A stretch of 64,000 nucleotides of DNA. It comes from an uncultured Gammaproteobacteria bacterium (GTDB taxonomy: Bacteria; Patescibacteriota; Patescibacteriia; 2-12-FULL-60-25). Within the stretch, counting starts at the first letter, position 1. The number at the start of each line of letters is the position of its first letter. Positions 18,892 through 29,264 of the stretch are shown here, in pieces. The stretch is from the NCBI GenBank assembly GCA_964567995.1, contig CAZMOB010000001.1, positions 120,591 through 184,590 of the forward strand. The letters are read 5' to 3'. A program made the translations under genes and the position numbers. The notes beneath the pieces were generated by a model. It made no database searches and was not told where the DNA came from. It saw only the letters and a list, made by a program, of their open reading frames with translations.

Positions 18892-20238
18892 ATGCCCTCC
18901 TTGCGTGAACGGGTAAAACGTCTTGTGCCAGCGAGCCTATTGGATCGCTATCATTTTGCGTTGGCTAGTTTGGCTTCCTGGCTGTACCGAAATCCTTCAA
19001 ACGAGCTGGTCGTGATCGGCGTCACGGGAACAAATGGTAAAACAACCACCTCCTACCTCATCGCCAAAGCCCTTGAAGCGAGTGGATTTAAAACTGGCTG
19101 TACCACCACCGCCATTCTCAAAGTGGCCGATCGTGAATGGCTGAACGATACCAAGATGACCATGCCTGGTCGCTTTTTCTTGCAGCGGATGTTGCGTGAG
19201 ATGGTGGATGCTGGGTGTCGGTATGCGGTGATTGAGACTTCGTCTCAGGGCATTGTACAGCATCGCCAAAGAGGCATTCGCTACGATTTGGCCGTTTTCA
19301 CGAACCTTACGCCGGAGCATATTGAAGCGCACGGCGGATTTGAAAACTACAAACAAGCCAAGCGCAAACTCTTTGAACATCTGGCCGCGCTTCCACCGAA
19401 ATACATCAATGGCCAACTTATTTCACGGGCTGCCATCATCAATGCAGAAAGTGAGTATGGCGCGTATTATGCCGCAACGCCTGGCCTCACGAATGTGCAT
19501 TGGTACGGCATTGAAAAGGGATCCGGCCTGAAAGCCGATCATTTTAGTCTCTTGCCTGATGGTTCGCAATCGGAGGTGAAGGGGTATCCGATGCAGCTGT
19601 CCCTTCCGGGTCGGTATAACGCAGAAAATGTGATGGCGGCGTTATCGGTTTGCCAGGTCCTGGGTGTCCCCCTTGAAGCGGCGATTAAACGGGTGGAAAC
19701 GATCCAAGGGTTGCCCGGACGCTTTGAACGCGTACGCCTAGGTCAGCCTTGGACGGTGATTATCGACTACGCGCCTGAGCCAGAATCTTTGAAGCAATTT
19801 TATGCGGCTCTGGTGTCCGTTCCACATAAACGGTTAATTCATGTGCTTGGTTCATGTGGTGGTGGTCGTGATGTGGCCCGTCGGCCGATCCTGGGTCGGA
19901 TGGCAGGTGAAACCGCCGATCTCGTTATCGTAACCAATGAAGACCCCTACGACGACGATCCGCAGCAAATCATCGATCAAGTCGCGGCTGGAGCTCTGGC
20001 CGCTGGAAAAGAAGAGGGGAGGACGTTGTTAAAAATCTCAGATCGGCGTGCCGCGATTGCCGAAGCCATGGCTCGAGCCGAACCGGACGATCTGGTCGTA
20101 ATCACAGGGAAGGGCTGTGAGACCTGGATGTGTGTCGCGAATGATGAAAAACTCCCCTGGAGTGAACGAGCCGCGGCCGAAGCCGGGATCCAGATGGCGC
20201 TCCACAAAACACTCGTGCATCCTTCCATTTCTTCTTAA
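18892..20238 (+). CDS. murE: UDP-N-acetylmuramoyl-L-alanyl-D-glutamate--2,6-diaminopimelate ligase (MurE)
   Basis: Start moved to ATG 18892. VIGVTGTNGKTTTSYLI ATP site, FTNLTPEHIEAHG, and VTNEDPYDDDP (DNPR-like region). Confidence 0.88.
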   Translation: MPSLRERVKRLVPASLLDRYHFALASLASWLYRNPSNELVVIGVTGTNGKTTTSYLIAKALEASGFKTGCTTTAILKVADREWLNDTKMTMPGRFFLQRMLREMVDAGCRYAVIETSSQGIVQHRQRGIRYDLAVFTNLTPEHIEAHGGFENYKQAKRKLFEHLAALPPKYINGQLISRAAIINAESEYGAYYAATPGLTNVHWYGIEKGSGLKADHFSLLPDGSQSEVKGYPMQLSLPGRYNAENVMAALSVCQVLGVPLEAAIKRVETIQGLPGRFERVRLGQPWTVIIDYAPEPESLKQFYAALVSVPHKRLIHVLGSCGGGRDVARRPILGRMAGETADLVIVTNEDPYDDDPQQIIDQVAAGALAAGKEEGRTLLKISDRRAAIAEAMARAEPDDLVVITGKGCETWMCVANDEKLPWSERAAAEAGIQMALHKTLVHPSISS

Positions 20239-20265
20239 TCCTCTCACGGAGCTCTTCGATGATCT

Positions 20266-20901
20266 ATGTTTCATCTGTCTGATGTCATGAAATTGCAAGC
20301 GAATGAGAAAGTTCTCGGGCTCCTCCGGGCTCATTCCACTGCCTTGATTGTGCGTTTGATTGGGTTTGCGGTACTCATTGTTTTGCCGTGTTTCTTTATC
20401 TTCCCGCTCTTACGCTTAGGTGTCATCGGAGTGGGATTATTTCTCCTCCCTGTCTTGGTTGGCGTGATCGCTGCCTGGCGAGCGGTTCGTTTGTGGGATG
20501 CGACGGTGCTCGTTCTAACCGATCGACGACTGGTCCACGTTCTGCAGCGCGGAATTTGGGATCGTCACGTGTCTGAAGTGAGCTTTTCGCATATAGGGGA
20601 TGTCCAGTGGGAGAAACGCGGGTTTTGGCAAGCGGTGTGGGGGATTGGAACAGTCCGTGTCCGTACGAATGGGGGCGCGGTCCCTTCGGTTGTTATGCGA
20701 GATCTGCGTGGACCGGAACGCCTAGCTCAATCCATTCAGGACTTGCGCGGGCATGGTCATAAAACAGGCGCTGCATCAGCGCCGTCTACGATGAATCCAA
20801 CCGGCATAGAAGCCCAGCGTGAGCGATTGATTCATCAAATCCAACAGGCTGACCCAGAAGAGCTCGATCGGTTAGAAGAGGCGATGCACCGTCCCGTGTG
20901 A
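20266..20901 (+). CDS. Membrane protein with bacterial PH (YdbS/YdbT-like) domain
   Basis: Two TM helices followed by ..VLVLTDRRLVHV..IGTVRVRT.. in a PH-like arrangement. 211 aa. Confidence 0.55.
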   Translation: MFHLSDVMKLQANEKVLGLLRAHSTALIVRLIGFAVLIVLPCFFIFPLLRLGVIGVGLFLLPVLVGVIAAWRAVRLWDATVLVLTDRRLVHVLQRGIWDRHVSEVSFSHIGDVQWEKRGFWQAVWGIGTVRVRTNGGAVPSVVMRDLRGPERLAQSIQDLRGHGHKTGAASAPSTMNPTGIEAQRERLIHQIQQADPEELDRLEEAMHRPV

Positions 20902-20922
20902 TAAACTGAGCGAGGCTCCAGT

Positions 20923-21384
20923 ATGTCGTCTGCGCATTCTTCGTTCCATCATCCACGCACAAGTGGGAGGGGTTCTTCCCTCCCGTCTTTGCGTTGGCCA
21001 GTGTTGTTCGCGCTGTTAGCAGCGATTGTCTTCTTTGTGGGAGCTTCGACCGTTCGAGAGAGCTATCGCGGCTGGAAAGTCGATCAGGAAATCGAAGGCT
21101 TGAAATCTCAAGTCTCCGCCCTGGAAGCTCAGAAGCACTCCATGACCGGACTGTTGACCAATATGAAAACAGACGCGTACGTTGAACAAGAAGCGCGACT
21201 GCGGTTTAATCTCAAAAAGCCGGGCGAACATGTCGTGCTGTTTGAGGAAGGCGAGACAAGCGCTCGCATGGCTTGGTCAGAAACATCGACTGCTACCACA
21301 GATCCAGCCACTCCCACCGAACAGCCGTCCATTCCTCGTCGCTGGTTGCAGTATTTTGTCGGAGGCAGTCTCGGGCGCAGTTAG
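20923..21384 (+). CDS. Septum formation initiator (FtsB/DivIC family)
   Basis: N-terminal TM helix and a coiled coil (EIEGLKSQVSALEAQKHSM), then YVEQEARLRFNLKKPGEHVV, which is characteristic of DivIC/FtsB. Confidence 0.7.
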   Translation: MSSAHSSFHHPRTSGRGSSLPSLRWPVLFALLAAIVFFVGASTVRESYRGWKVDQEIEGLKSQVSALEAQKHSMTGLLTNMKTDAYVEQEARLRFNLKKPGEHVVLFEEGETSARMAWSETSTATTDPATPTEQPSIPRRWLQYFVGGSLGRS

Positions 21385-21387
21385 CTG

Positions 21388-22047
21388 ATGTCTTTTCCTA
21401 CTCTTTTCTTTCCTATGCTTCAAAAACGCACTGTTCTCATCGTTGGTGTCATCTCCATCTTGATTCTGTTGACCTGTGTGACATCCGCTGTCTTCGCCTA
21501 CGGCATTACCCGCCACCAATGGGAAGGCGCTTCAACGCGTACCTTCGCAAAGATCACCTCTTTTCCGGCTGGGAAAGTGGCTGGTGAAAAAGCGACCTAT
21601 ACCGATTACCTCTCTCAAGTCGATGCGCAAAGAATCTATTTGAAAACAGAAGACGCCCGTCTGCGCCAACTACCAAGCGACGTAAATCAACAGACCCGCG
21701 AAGCCGCCTACCAACAGATCATTCAGATTGCCGCTCTAGATCAGTTGGCGAACGAGAATCAAGTCACCGTTTCTGAGGCTGAAATCAATAGTGCCTTCGA
21801 TGAGTTTGTTACCCAATCCGGAACCTCCACCCAACCGGGTGAAATCGACGCCTTCTTAAAAGAATCGTTTGGCTGGGAACGCGAAGACTTCAAGCGCTTC
21901 TTCATTCGTCCGGGGGTATTGAGTCAGGCTCTACGAGCTAAAATGCCGGGGACAACGGAAGATGAAAAAGGGGCAGCCTTGGGAACGAAGCTGGATGAAC
22001 GGTTGAAGGCGGGGGACGTCAAGAAATACCTTATTATTAGTCAGTAA
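21388..22047 (+). CDS. SurA N-terminal-domain-like periplasmic chaperone
   Basis: Signal/TM segment followed by a helical chaperone-like region (..AYQQIIQIAALDQLANENQVTVSEAEINSAFDEFV..). No PPIase domain. Confidence 0.5.
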   Translation: MSFPTLFFPMLQKRTVLIVGVISILILLTCVTSAVFAYGITRHQWEGASTRTFAKITSFPAGKVAGEKATYTDYLSQVDAQRIYLKTEDARLRQLPSDVNQQTREAAYQQIIQIAALDQLANENQVTVSEAEINSAFDEFVTQSGTSTQPGEIDAFLKESFGWEREDFKRFFIRPGVLSQALRAKMPGTTEDEKGAALGTKLDERLKAGDVKKYLIISQ

Positions 22048-22071
22048 ACGCAGAATCTACGGTTGGAGATC

Positions 22072-23148
22072 ATGTCCTCTGTCGAATATCGTGCCCCTGA
22101 GCCGCCTCTCTCGCCTGAAGCCAGAGTCAAGCTCAAAGCCCGCATTCTTGAGAGCATGGGGCGGATTATTGAGAGGTATGAAGCCTTCTATCTCAGTGTA
22201 GACGAGATGCATACGTTCGTCGGTTCACCCTTGACGAACGCTCGTTATGCAAGATTCGAAACTTGGCTTGGGATGCTTTCTGAGAAGAAGATCCTTATTT
22301 CCTCAGCTTTATCCCTCGATCAAGTCCATTTCGCGCAAGATGTTTCACGCGTTGTTCTTCTGTATCAAGCTCTACAAGACCTTTCCATGGGTAGGTCCGT
22401 GGCAACAGATATACGTAATGAATATGAGGAAAGGCCTCTTTCTGCAGATGAATTTCTTCTAAGAGAAGAAGATCTTCCATTGTGGAATGAATTCCCCTCA
22501 GAAGAAGAGGTCAAAACTGCCTTCAACTTTGATTCGATCTGGAGCGACGAATACTGGCAGGGCCGTAAGCTCAAAGATGCAAATGACGCTGCTTATACAA
22601 CCAAAGAAACTCTCAAAGATCGCAAAGGTTTTGAACCAACAGATCAAGACCTTTTGAATGTGGGATATGCAGTAGATGATTCAGATAGACGTCATGCTTT
22701 TCTTCGTGCAGTGGAAGAAGTTTATGTAAAAGAACGGCTTCAACCGGCCAAGATCTTCGAGATTGGAGATATTATTGATCAAAAAAAGAAAGAAGCTGAA
22801 GCACGAGGCAAGACAGTTGAGGACTATCTTACAACGAAAGAGCTTCTCGAAGCCTTTGATGAGGCGTCCGTCCGTCCGGCTACTCTCAAAGAACTTTTGG
22901 CTTATGCAAAGACCCGCTGGAAGCCAATTAATGATCCGAATCAATCCCTCACAGAAGAAGAAATGGATCAACACGCGAACGCCCCCTATATCTGCGCTCT
23001 TGGTTCCGTATTCTCGAATACCCTTGGGCAGCGCAGGGTTCCATACCTTCGCCTGGATCGCGATGGGCGTCGGTTAAGTATCGATCACTTCAGCGACAAC
23101 TGGTACATGAGCCGTCGGTTTCTGGTCTTCCGCAAGTCATTTTCATAA
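22072..23148 (+). CDS. Member of the unrecognised RFLVFRK paralog family (dispersed copy P0)
   Basis: First ATG is at 22072 (the ORF track starts at TTG 22063). It shares PLTNARYARFETWL, LYQALQDL, ADEFLLREEDLPLWNEFPSEEE, LTTKELLEAFDEASVRPATLKELLAYAKTRWKP, ALGSVFS and RRFLVFRK with the array at 58977-64000. Confidence 0.85.
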   Translation: MSSVEYRAPEPPLSPEARVKLKARILESMGRIIERYEAFYLSVDEMHTFVGSPLTNARYARFETWLGMLSEKKILISSALSLDQVHFAQDVSRVVLLYQALQDLSMGRSVATDIRNEYEERPLSADEFLLREEDLPLWNEFPSEEEVKTAFNFDSIWSDEYWQGRKLKDANDAAYTTKETLKDRKGFEPTDQDLLNVGYAVDDSDRRHAFLRAVEEVYVKERLQPAKIFEIGDIIDQKKKEAEARGKTVEDYLTTKELLEAFDEASVRPATLKELLAYAKTRWKPINDPNQSLTEEEMDQHANAPYICALGSVFSNTLGQRRVPYLRLDRDGRRLSIDHFSDNWYMSRRFLVFRKSFS

Positions 23149-23185
23149 AGTATTTGAACATTTGAATACGTAAGACCTGGAAACA

Positions 23186-23215
23186 GAAAAACGCCCCCTT
23201 GCGGGCAGCGTTTTT
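23186..23215. terminator. Bidirectional hairpin terminator between P0 and tRNA-Thr
   Basis: AAAAACG-CCC..GGG-CGTTTTT hairpin with an A-run before and a T-run after. Confidence 0.55.
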
Positions 23216-23218
23216 CCA

Positions 23219-23294
23219 TGGAGCCAATTCCGGGAGTCGAACCCGGGACCTCTGCTTTACGAAAGCATTGCTCTACCAACTGAGCTAAATTGGC
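23219..23294 (-). tRNA. tRNA-Thr (anticodon CGU), CCA encoded
   Basis: The reverse complement folds as GCCAATT-TA-GCTC-AGTTGGTA-GAGC-A-ATGCT-TTCGTAA-AGCAG-AGGTC-CCGGG-TTCGACT-CCCGG-AATTGGC-T-CCA. Confidence 0.93.
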
Positions 23295-23378
23295 GCCTCT
23301 CTGGTGAAAACACGTGAGCATCCTCACCAGAGTTTCACCTTGTCATTCCACCTTCGTCCGTTTTGCGAACTGGGTGGG

Positions 23379-23453
23379 TGGAGCGGGTAAGGGGAATCGA
23401 ACCCCTCTTTGGTGCTTGGGAAGCACCCATAATAACCACTATACGATACCCGC
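23379..23453 (-). tRNA. tRNA-Gly (anticodon CCC), CCA encoded
   Basis: The reverse complement reads GCGGGTA-TC-GTAT-AGTGGTTA-TTAT-G-GGTGC-TTCCCAA-GCACC-AAAG-AGGGG-TTCGATT-CCCCT-TACCCGC-T-CCA. Confidence 0.9.
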
Positions 23454-23474
23454 GGAAAGTTATTATGTGCCGAG

Positions 23475-23503
23475 AGTATAGGGGATCGGATCTTGGAAAT
23501 CAA
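23475..23503 (-). promoter_or_regulatory. Sigma70-type promoter for the tRNA-Gly/tRNA-Thr pair
   Basis: On the minus strand: TTGATT (23503-23498), a 17-nt spacer, then TATACT (23480-23475). It lies about 20 nt upstream of the tRNA-Gly 5' end. Confidence 0.6.
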
Positions 23504-23537
23504 GGGAAATCTACTGTGGATGAACAGAAAAAGCGCT

Positions 23538-24680
23538 TTACTCGGCAGAATAACGGGCGTGCAGTTCCGCGTGGGCCAGGCTTTCGCTGCGGCGGCGGAC
23601 GGCGACACTTTGGACCAGTCCTACGTTAATCCAGACGACCACAAGCGATGAGGCGGCACTTGAAACAAAGGGGAGCGGGATTCCGGTGATGGGGAGGATG
23701 CCAAGGTTCATCCCAGCGTTCTCCACGACGTGAACGAGGAGCGTTGCGCCAAGACCGATCAAGAGCAGGGCGGCAAAGTCATCACCCGAAGCGAGCGCGG
23801 TCAAGACATATCGAGTGAAGAGCCAACCAAAGAGCAAGATCGTCACCGCGATGCCAACGAATCCTAGTTCTTCCCCGACGACCGCAAAGATAAAGTCGGT
23901 CGCCGCTTCTGGTAAAAAGCGCAGACGTGCTTGCGACCCTTCTCCAATCCCTTTTCCTAACCAACCACCCGAGCCGATAGCAATCCGAGCCTGAGCCGCG
24001 TTGTAACCGGATCCACGGACATCCGCAGTTGGATTCACAAACGCGACGATGCGTTCTTTTTGGTACGGTTTGAGGGCGAATGTCCACCCAAGGCTGATCG
24101 TTACAGCGGCAATAATCGGCAGAATGAACCAGGCAAAACGTGGGAGTCCTGCGAAGAGCGCCATCGCGCCCCAAACGGCTAACATGACCATGGCCGAGCC
24201 AAAGTCTGGTTGAAGGAACACTAACGCGACATAGGCACCGACCGCAGCCGCGCTTCTCAGAAAACTCGGCCAACTCAGACGACCGTGTCCATGCCGCGCC
24301 ATGAATGCGGCCAAATAAGCCGCCAGACAAATCTTGGCTGGCTCAACCGGCTGAAACGAAAACCCTCCGAACACGAACCAGCCCTGTGTTCCACGAATCG
24401 TTTTTCCAAAAATAAGCACCGATATGAGCAGAGCGAGGCCAACAAGATACACCACAACCGACAGCGAACGCAGATGACGATAATCAATGATCGTGAGGGC
24501 TAACGCAATCGATAATCCGATCCCTAGAGCGGCCAGCTGCTTATAAAACGAAAACAGATCAATCGGATCGCGCGAGATGCCGATGCCGTAAATAATCGAT
24601 AAACCGATCGCGACAAGCGAAGAAGCCGCAATAAGCAGCCCCCAATCCAGGCGTTCAAACAGAACAAAAAACCGCTGCAT
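23538..24680 (-). CDS. FtsW/RodA/SpoVE-family peptidoglycan glycosyltransferase
   Basis: 380 aa, about 10 TM helices. QPVEPAKICLAAYLAAF, YNAAQARIAIGSGGWLGKGIGEGSQ and LPEAATDFIFAVVGEELGFVG are SEDS-family signatures. Confidence 0.9.
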   Translation of the reverse strand: MQRFFVLFERLDWGLLIAASSLVAIGLSIIYGIGISRDPIDLFSFYKQLAALGIGLSIALALTIIDYRHLRSLSVVVYLVGLALLISVLIFGKTIRGTQGWFVFGGFSFQPVEPAKICLAAYLAAFMARHGHGRLSWPSFLRSAAAVGAYVALVFLQPDFGSAMVMLAVWGAMALFAGLPRFAWFILPIIAAVTISLGWTFALKPYQKERIVAFVNPTADVRGSGYNAAQARIAIGSGGWLGKGIGEGSQARLRFLPEAATDFIFAVVGEELGFVGIAVTILLFGWLFTRYVLTALASGDDFAALLLIGLGATLLVHVVENAGMNLGILPITGIPLPFVSSAASSLVVVWINVGLVQSVAVRRRSESLAHAELHARYSAE

Positions 24681-24725
24681 GCATGGATCTTACCGACGTA
24701 GACATGAATAAACCAGAGTACAGGG

Positions 24726-24892
24726 GTGGGTGGCGGACCGTATGTCCGAACGACCGAGCACCTGTCCGAGCCTTAATGAACGAAGTGAATGACACAAACA
24801 AGGCCATTGAGCAGATCTGCTGTAATGACTCTGCGAGATGATTCCTACAGGCGAGTTGCGCAGGGAGTGAGGGCATACGGTCCGCCACCCAC
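24726..24892. ncRNA. Candidate structured RNA or structured spacer closed by a 19-bp perfect stem (family unassigned)
   Basis: GTGGGTGGCGGACCGTATG (24726-24744) is the exact reverse complement of CATACGGTCCGCCACCCAC (24874-24892). The 129-nt interior has further local hairpins, and TTATTTTT follows on the plus strand. It lies between two minus-strand genes. Confidence 0.4.
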
Positions 24893-24902
24893 ACGCTTAT
24901 TT

Positions 24903-25781
24903 TTAAATCCGTGTTGTCGGTAAATAGCTTGCTGGATCCAAAATATCAACGTAAGGCGTGATTTCGACCTGGTCGACGCCGCTGACTTGTTCGTACCACT
25001 GCAGAGAGATCGGGCGTTCTTCGTTTGGTTTGAGTTCGCGCACATCGACTTTGTTGATGGCGAGTGGAATGCCTTGGCGTAGGAGCGTTACGAACAATTG
25101 CACATTCCAATAGCCATATCCGGAGTTATTGGTGATGCTGAAATCCGTTTTTCCAACTCCATCACCCAAAGAAACGTAGGTTGGATCTTCGCTGAACAAG
25201 AAATCGAGGCGTTCCGCGGCGTAGCCACTGTAGTCTCCGCTGACTTGAAGGAGGGGAATGCGCTGCCATTGGATAGATTGGACTGTCAGTTGTGGATCAC
25301 CGCCACCTTTCCAGCCAAGTTCGGCCAACGGTCGAGTGCTTTGCGGTAAGATTGTCGCTTCCTGAACGGGGGTTGATTGTCCGTCTAATTGAAAGGCAAA
25401 TTTCACACGGGCTGACCAGAGCGCGTTCGGATTGCTGAGACTACTTAGAATATCCAGCCGTCCCTCCGTTGTTTCAAAGGCTTGGACGTCAGCTGGTTGG
25501 AGCGCTTCGGGAGCGACGCTCTGGATTGCCTCTAACGGCACCATCTGTTGAGCGATTAGTTTTGGAATCCGCGATTCTCGTGGCCAAGAAATGAGATAGG
25601 TATCGACCAACGACCAAAGGGTGTATCCCCAGAACAAGACGCTTACTGCAATAAGACAGCCGTATCCAAAACGGCGTAAGCCAAGATGATGTTTGACCCA
25701 CCACGAGGCGGCGGTCAGATCACTTTCGCTCATTCCACTACCGATCTGATGTTGGTCAGAGAGCATAACGAATAGCTCCAT
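24903..25781 (-). CDS. Hypothetical membrane-anchored protein
   Basis: 292-aa ORF with one TM helix (FGYGCLIAVSVLFWGYTLWSLV) followed by a beta-rich extracytoplasmic region. I recognise no family. Confidence 0.6.
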   Translation of the reverse strand: MELFVMLSDQHQIGSGMSESDLTAASWWVKHHLGLRRFGYGCLIAVSVLFWGYTLWSLVDTYLISWPRESRIPKLIAQQMVPLEAIQSVAPEALQPADVQAFETTEGRLDILSSLSNPNALWSARVKFAFQLDGQSTPVQEATILPQSTRPLAELGWKGGGDPQLTVQSIQWQRIPLLQVSGDYSGYAAERLDFLFSEDPTYVSLGDGVGKTDFSITNNSGYGYWNVQLFVTLLRQGIPLAINKVDVRELKPNEERPISLQWYEQVSGVDQVEITPYVDILDPASYLPTTRI

Positions 25782-25804
25782 GATAGCATCTTTTTTGCAA
25801 GTGA

Positions 25805-27910
<2,106 letters not shown>

Positions 27911-27941
27911 TCTTCTCACTTTTGCTCTTTTTTCATCCCAT

Positions 27942-28703
27942 ATGACTTCTTGGGATAAGCTCCTTCGTACCTTAGGCTTCACGGATAGTGAATCAAAGTT
28001 GTATCTCGTTTCCTTGGAAACCGGTCCGGCCACTGTTCAAGACTTGGCCAAAAAGGCCAAGATTTCACGTGTGACCGCCTATGCCGCCGTCGACGCGCTC
28101 ATGCGGAATACTTTGATGAGCACGATGCAACAGGGGAAAAAGCGCCTTTTCTCGGCTGAATCACCCGATCGCTTGATTTCGTTCGTGCAAAATCGCATGC
28201 AGCACATGCAATCGACGCTGAAAGAGGTCGAGGCGTCGGTCGAGGAGTTACGCTTGTTGCAACGGGGTGAGAAACCGGTCGTAAAAATGTTCACCGGAGA
28301 AGAGGGGATCCGCGCATTGCAAAATGACTTGCTACAGGTCGCGCCGAAAACATTGGATGAGGTGGCGCATTTTGACGAAGTCTTACGCTTGTATCCGACC
28401 GAAGGCAATCGTGAGTTTTTCGATAAATTAGACAAGATCCATCCCAAGCGCCGGTTGATTTTCTACAGCCGTGGCGACAATCAAATTCGTGGAGGATTTC
28501 CCGATGAGCACATCGCTGTGATCAAAGAAACAGGCCCGAGTAAATTCTTTGCCGATATCCAGGTCTATGGAAATCGAGTCGTGATGTCGACGTTGCGAGG
28601 AGAAATTATTTTTATCCTCATCGAAAGTCAGGATTTGGCGGATGCCTTTCGCGAGATGTTTGGGCACATGTGGAATAATGTCCAGGATAAACGCATCAGT
28701 TAG
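27942..28703 (+). CDS. TrmB-family transcriptional regulator
   Basis: Start moved to ATG 27942. N-terminal wHTH LGFTDSESKLYLVSLETGPATVQDLAKKAKISRVTAY plus a C-terminal TrmB-like domain. Confidence 0.75.
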   Translation: MTSWDKLLRTLGFTDSESKLYLVSLETGPATVQDLAKKAKISRVTAYAAVDALMRNTLMSTMQQGKKRLFSAESPDRLISFVQNRMQHMQSTLKEVEASVEELRLLQRGEKPVVKMFTGEEGIRALQNDLLQVAPKTLDEVAHFDEVLRLYPTEGNREFFDKLDKIHPKRRLIFYSRGDNQIRGGFPDEHIAVIKETGPSKFFADIQVYGNRVVMSTLRGEIIFILIESQDLADAFREMFGHMWNNVQDKRIS

Positions 28704-28727
28704 CCGATAAATTTTTAAAAAAAAGAG

Positions 28728-28784
28728 ACGCCCGGTCCGAGTCTTGCGAGCGCGGATGCGCGGCGCCTGACTCGGCCGGGGCGT
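28728..28784 (-). terminator. Long GC hairpin terminator for the small GC-rich ORF
   Basis: ACGCCCGGTCCGAGTC (28728-28743) pairs with GACTCGGCCGGGGCGT (28769-28784) with 2 mismatches. On the minus strand it is followed by CTCTTTTTTTT (plus-strand A-run 28713-28724). Confidence 0.6.
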
Positions 28785-28813
28785 GGAGCCTCTTCTTCGA
28801 TGTAACGCGACCT

Positions 28814-28924
28814 CTAGGGTCGCCCCCCACCAGTTTGTGTCAGCTCCGCGGGGCCGTCGGCTCCGCAGGTCGACTCCTCCTGCTGGTAGTGGTCGAAGAA
28901 GTTGATGTACGGTTGTCTGTGCAT
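28814..28924 (-). CDS. Candidate 36-aa small protein (MHRQPYINFFDHYQQEESTCGADGPAELTQTGGGRP); GC-rich
   Basis: Below the ORF-track size cutoff. ATG 28924 is preceded by AGGAG (9-nt spacer). The codons show a strong third-position G/C bias. The ORF has its own promoter (29049-29077) and terminator (28728-28784). Confidence 0.4.
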   Translation of the reverse strand: MHRQPYINFFDHYQQEESTCGADGPAELTQTGGGRP

Positions 28925-29048
28925 GAAAGGACGCTCCTGTTTCTATACGATGGGTGCGATAGAGCCGCTCTTTGTTCGCCGTCCGAAGCCATCTGATGGG
29001 TAGGTCTTCCGACCCACTGTTCTTTGGCCCGGTTTCGAAGAGCCTAAT

Positions 29049-29077
29049 ACTCTAACAGAAATCAGGAAAAAAGTCAA
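29049..29077 (-). promoter_or_regulatory. Sigma70-type promoter (leftward) of a divergent promoter pair
   Basis: Minus strand: TTGACT (29077-29072), a 17-nt spacer, then TAGAGT (29054-29049). This implies a leader of about 120 nt before ATG 28924. Confidence 0.55.
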
Positions 29078-29128
29078 GTTAAGGCTTAGATTAGCCAAAA
29101 TATCTTTCCCACGAGGGTTCTATTTACC

Positions 29129-29157
29129 TTGACAAAACTGATAAAATGGGCTATGAT
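29129..29157 (+). promoter_or_regulatory. Sigma70-type promoter (rightward) of a divergent promoter pair
   Basis: TTGACA (29129-29134), a 17-nt spacer, then TATGAT (29152-29157). The leader to ATG 29265 is about 105 nt. Confidence 0.6.
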
Positions 29158-29264
29158 TGTCTGTTCTTTACAGCACGATTCGCTTGTGAAAATGGCTTGT
29201 TTGTGACGACGCACTGGGTGATGAGACGGCTACGGCCCTTCCCTCGTCATTCGCTGGAGTCGCC

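Noticed and set aside
23085-23629. ORFs 23085-23327(-), 23324-23608(-) and 23363-23629(+) cover the tRNA region.
   Set aside because: They overlap two well-folding tRNA genes and their promoter, and nothing supports them as coding.
24726-24892. I tried to assign the 19-bp-stem element to SRP RNA, 6S RNA, RNase P RNA or tmRNA.
   Set aside because: I found no SRP helix-8 GGAA/AGCA motifs, no GAGGAAAGTCC P4 sequence and no tRNA-like CCA end. 6S RNA cannot be judged without a covariance model. The element is therefore left unassigned.
29091-29104. The exact 14-nt repeat TTAGCCAAAATATC occurs at 29091-29104 and again at 36457-36470. Both copies lie near TTGAC-type boxes at the edges of atypical-composition regions. 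I considered it a possible island-boundary or att-like repeat.
   Set aside because: Several exact 14-mer repeats are expected by chance in 64 kb (on the order of a few pairs). The flanking sequence does not extend the match.
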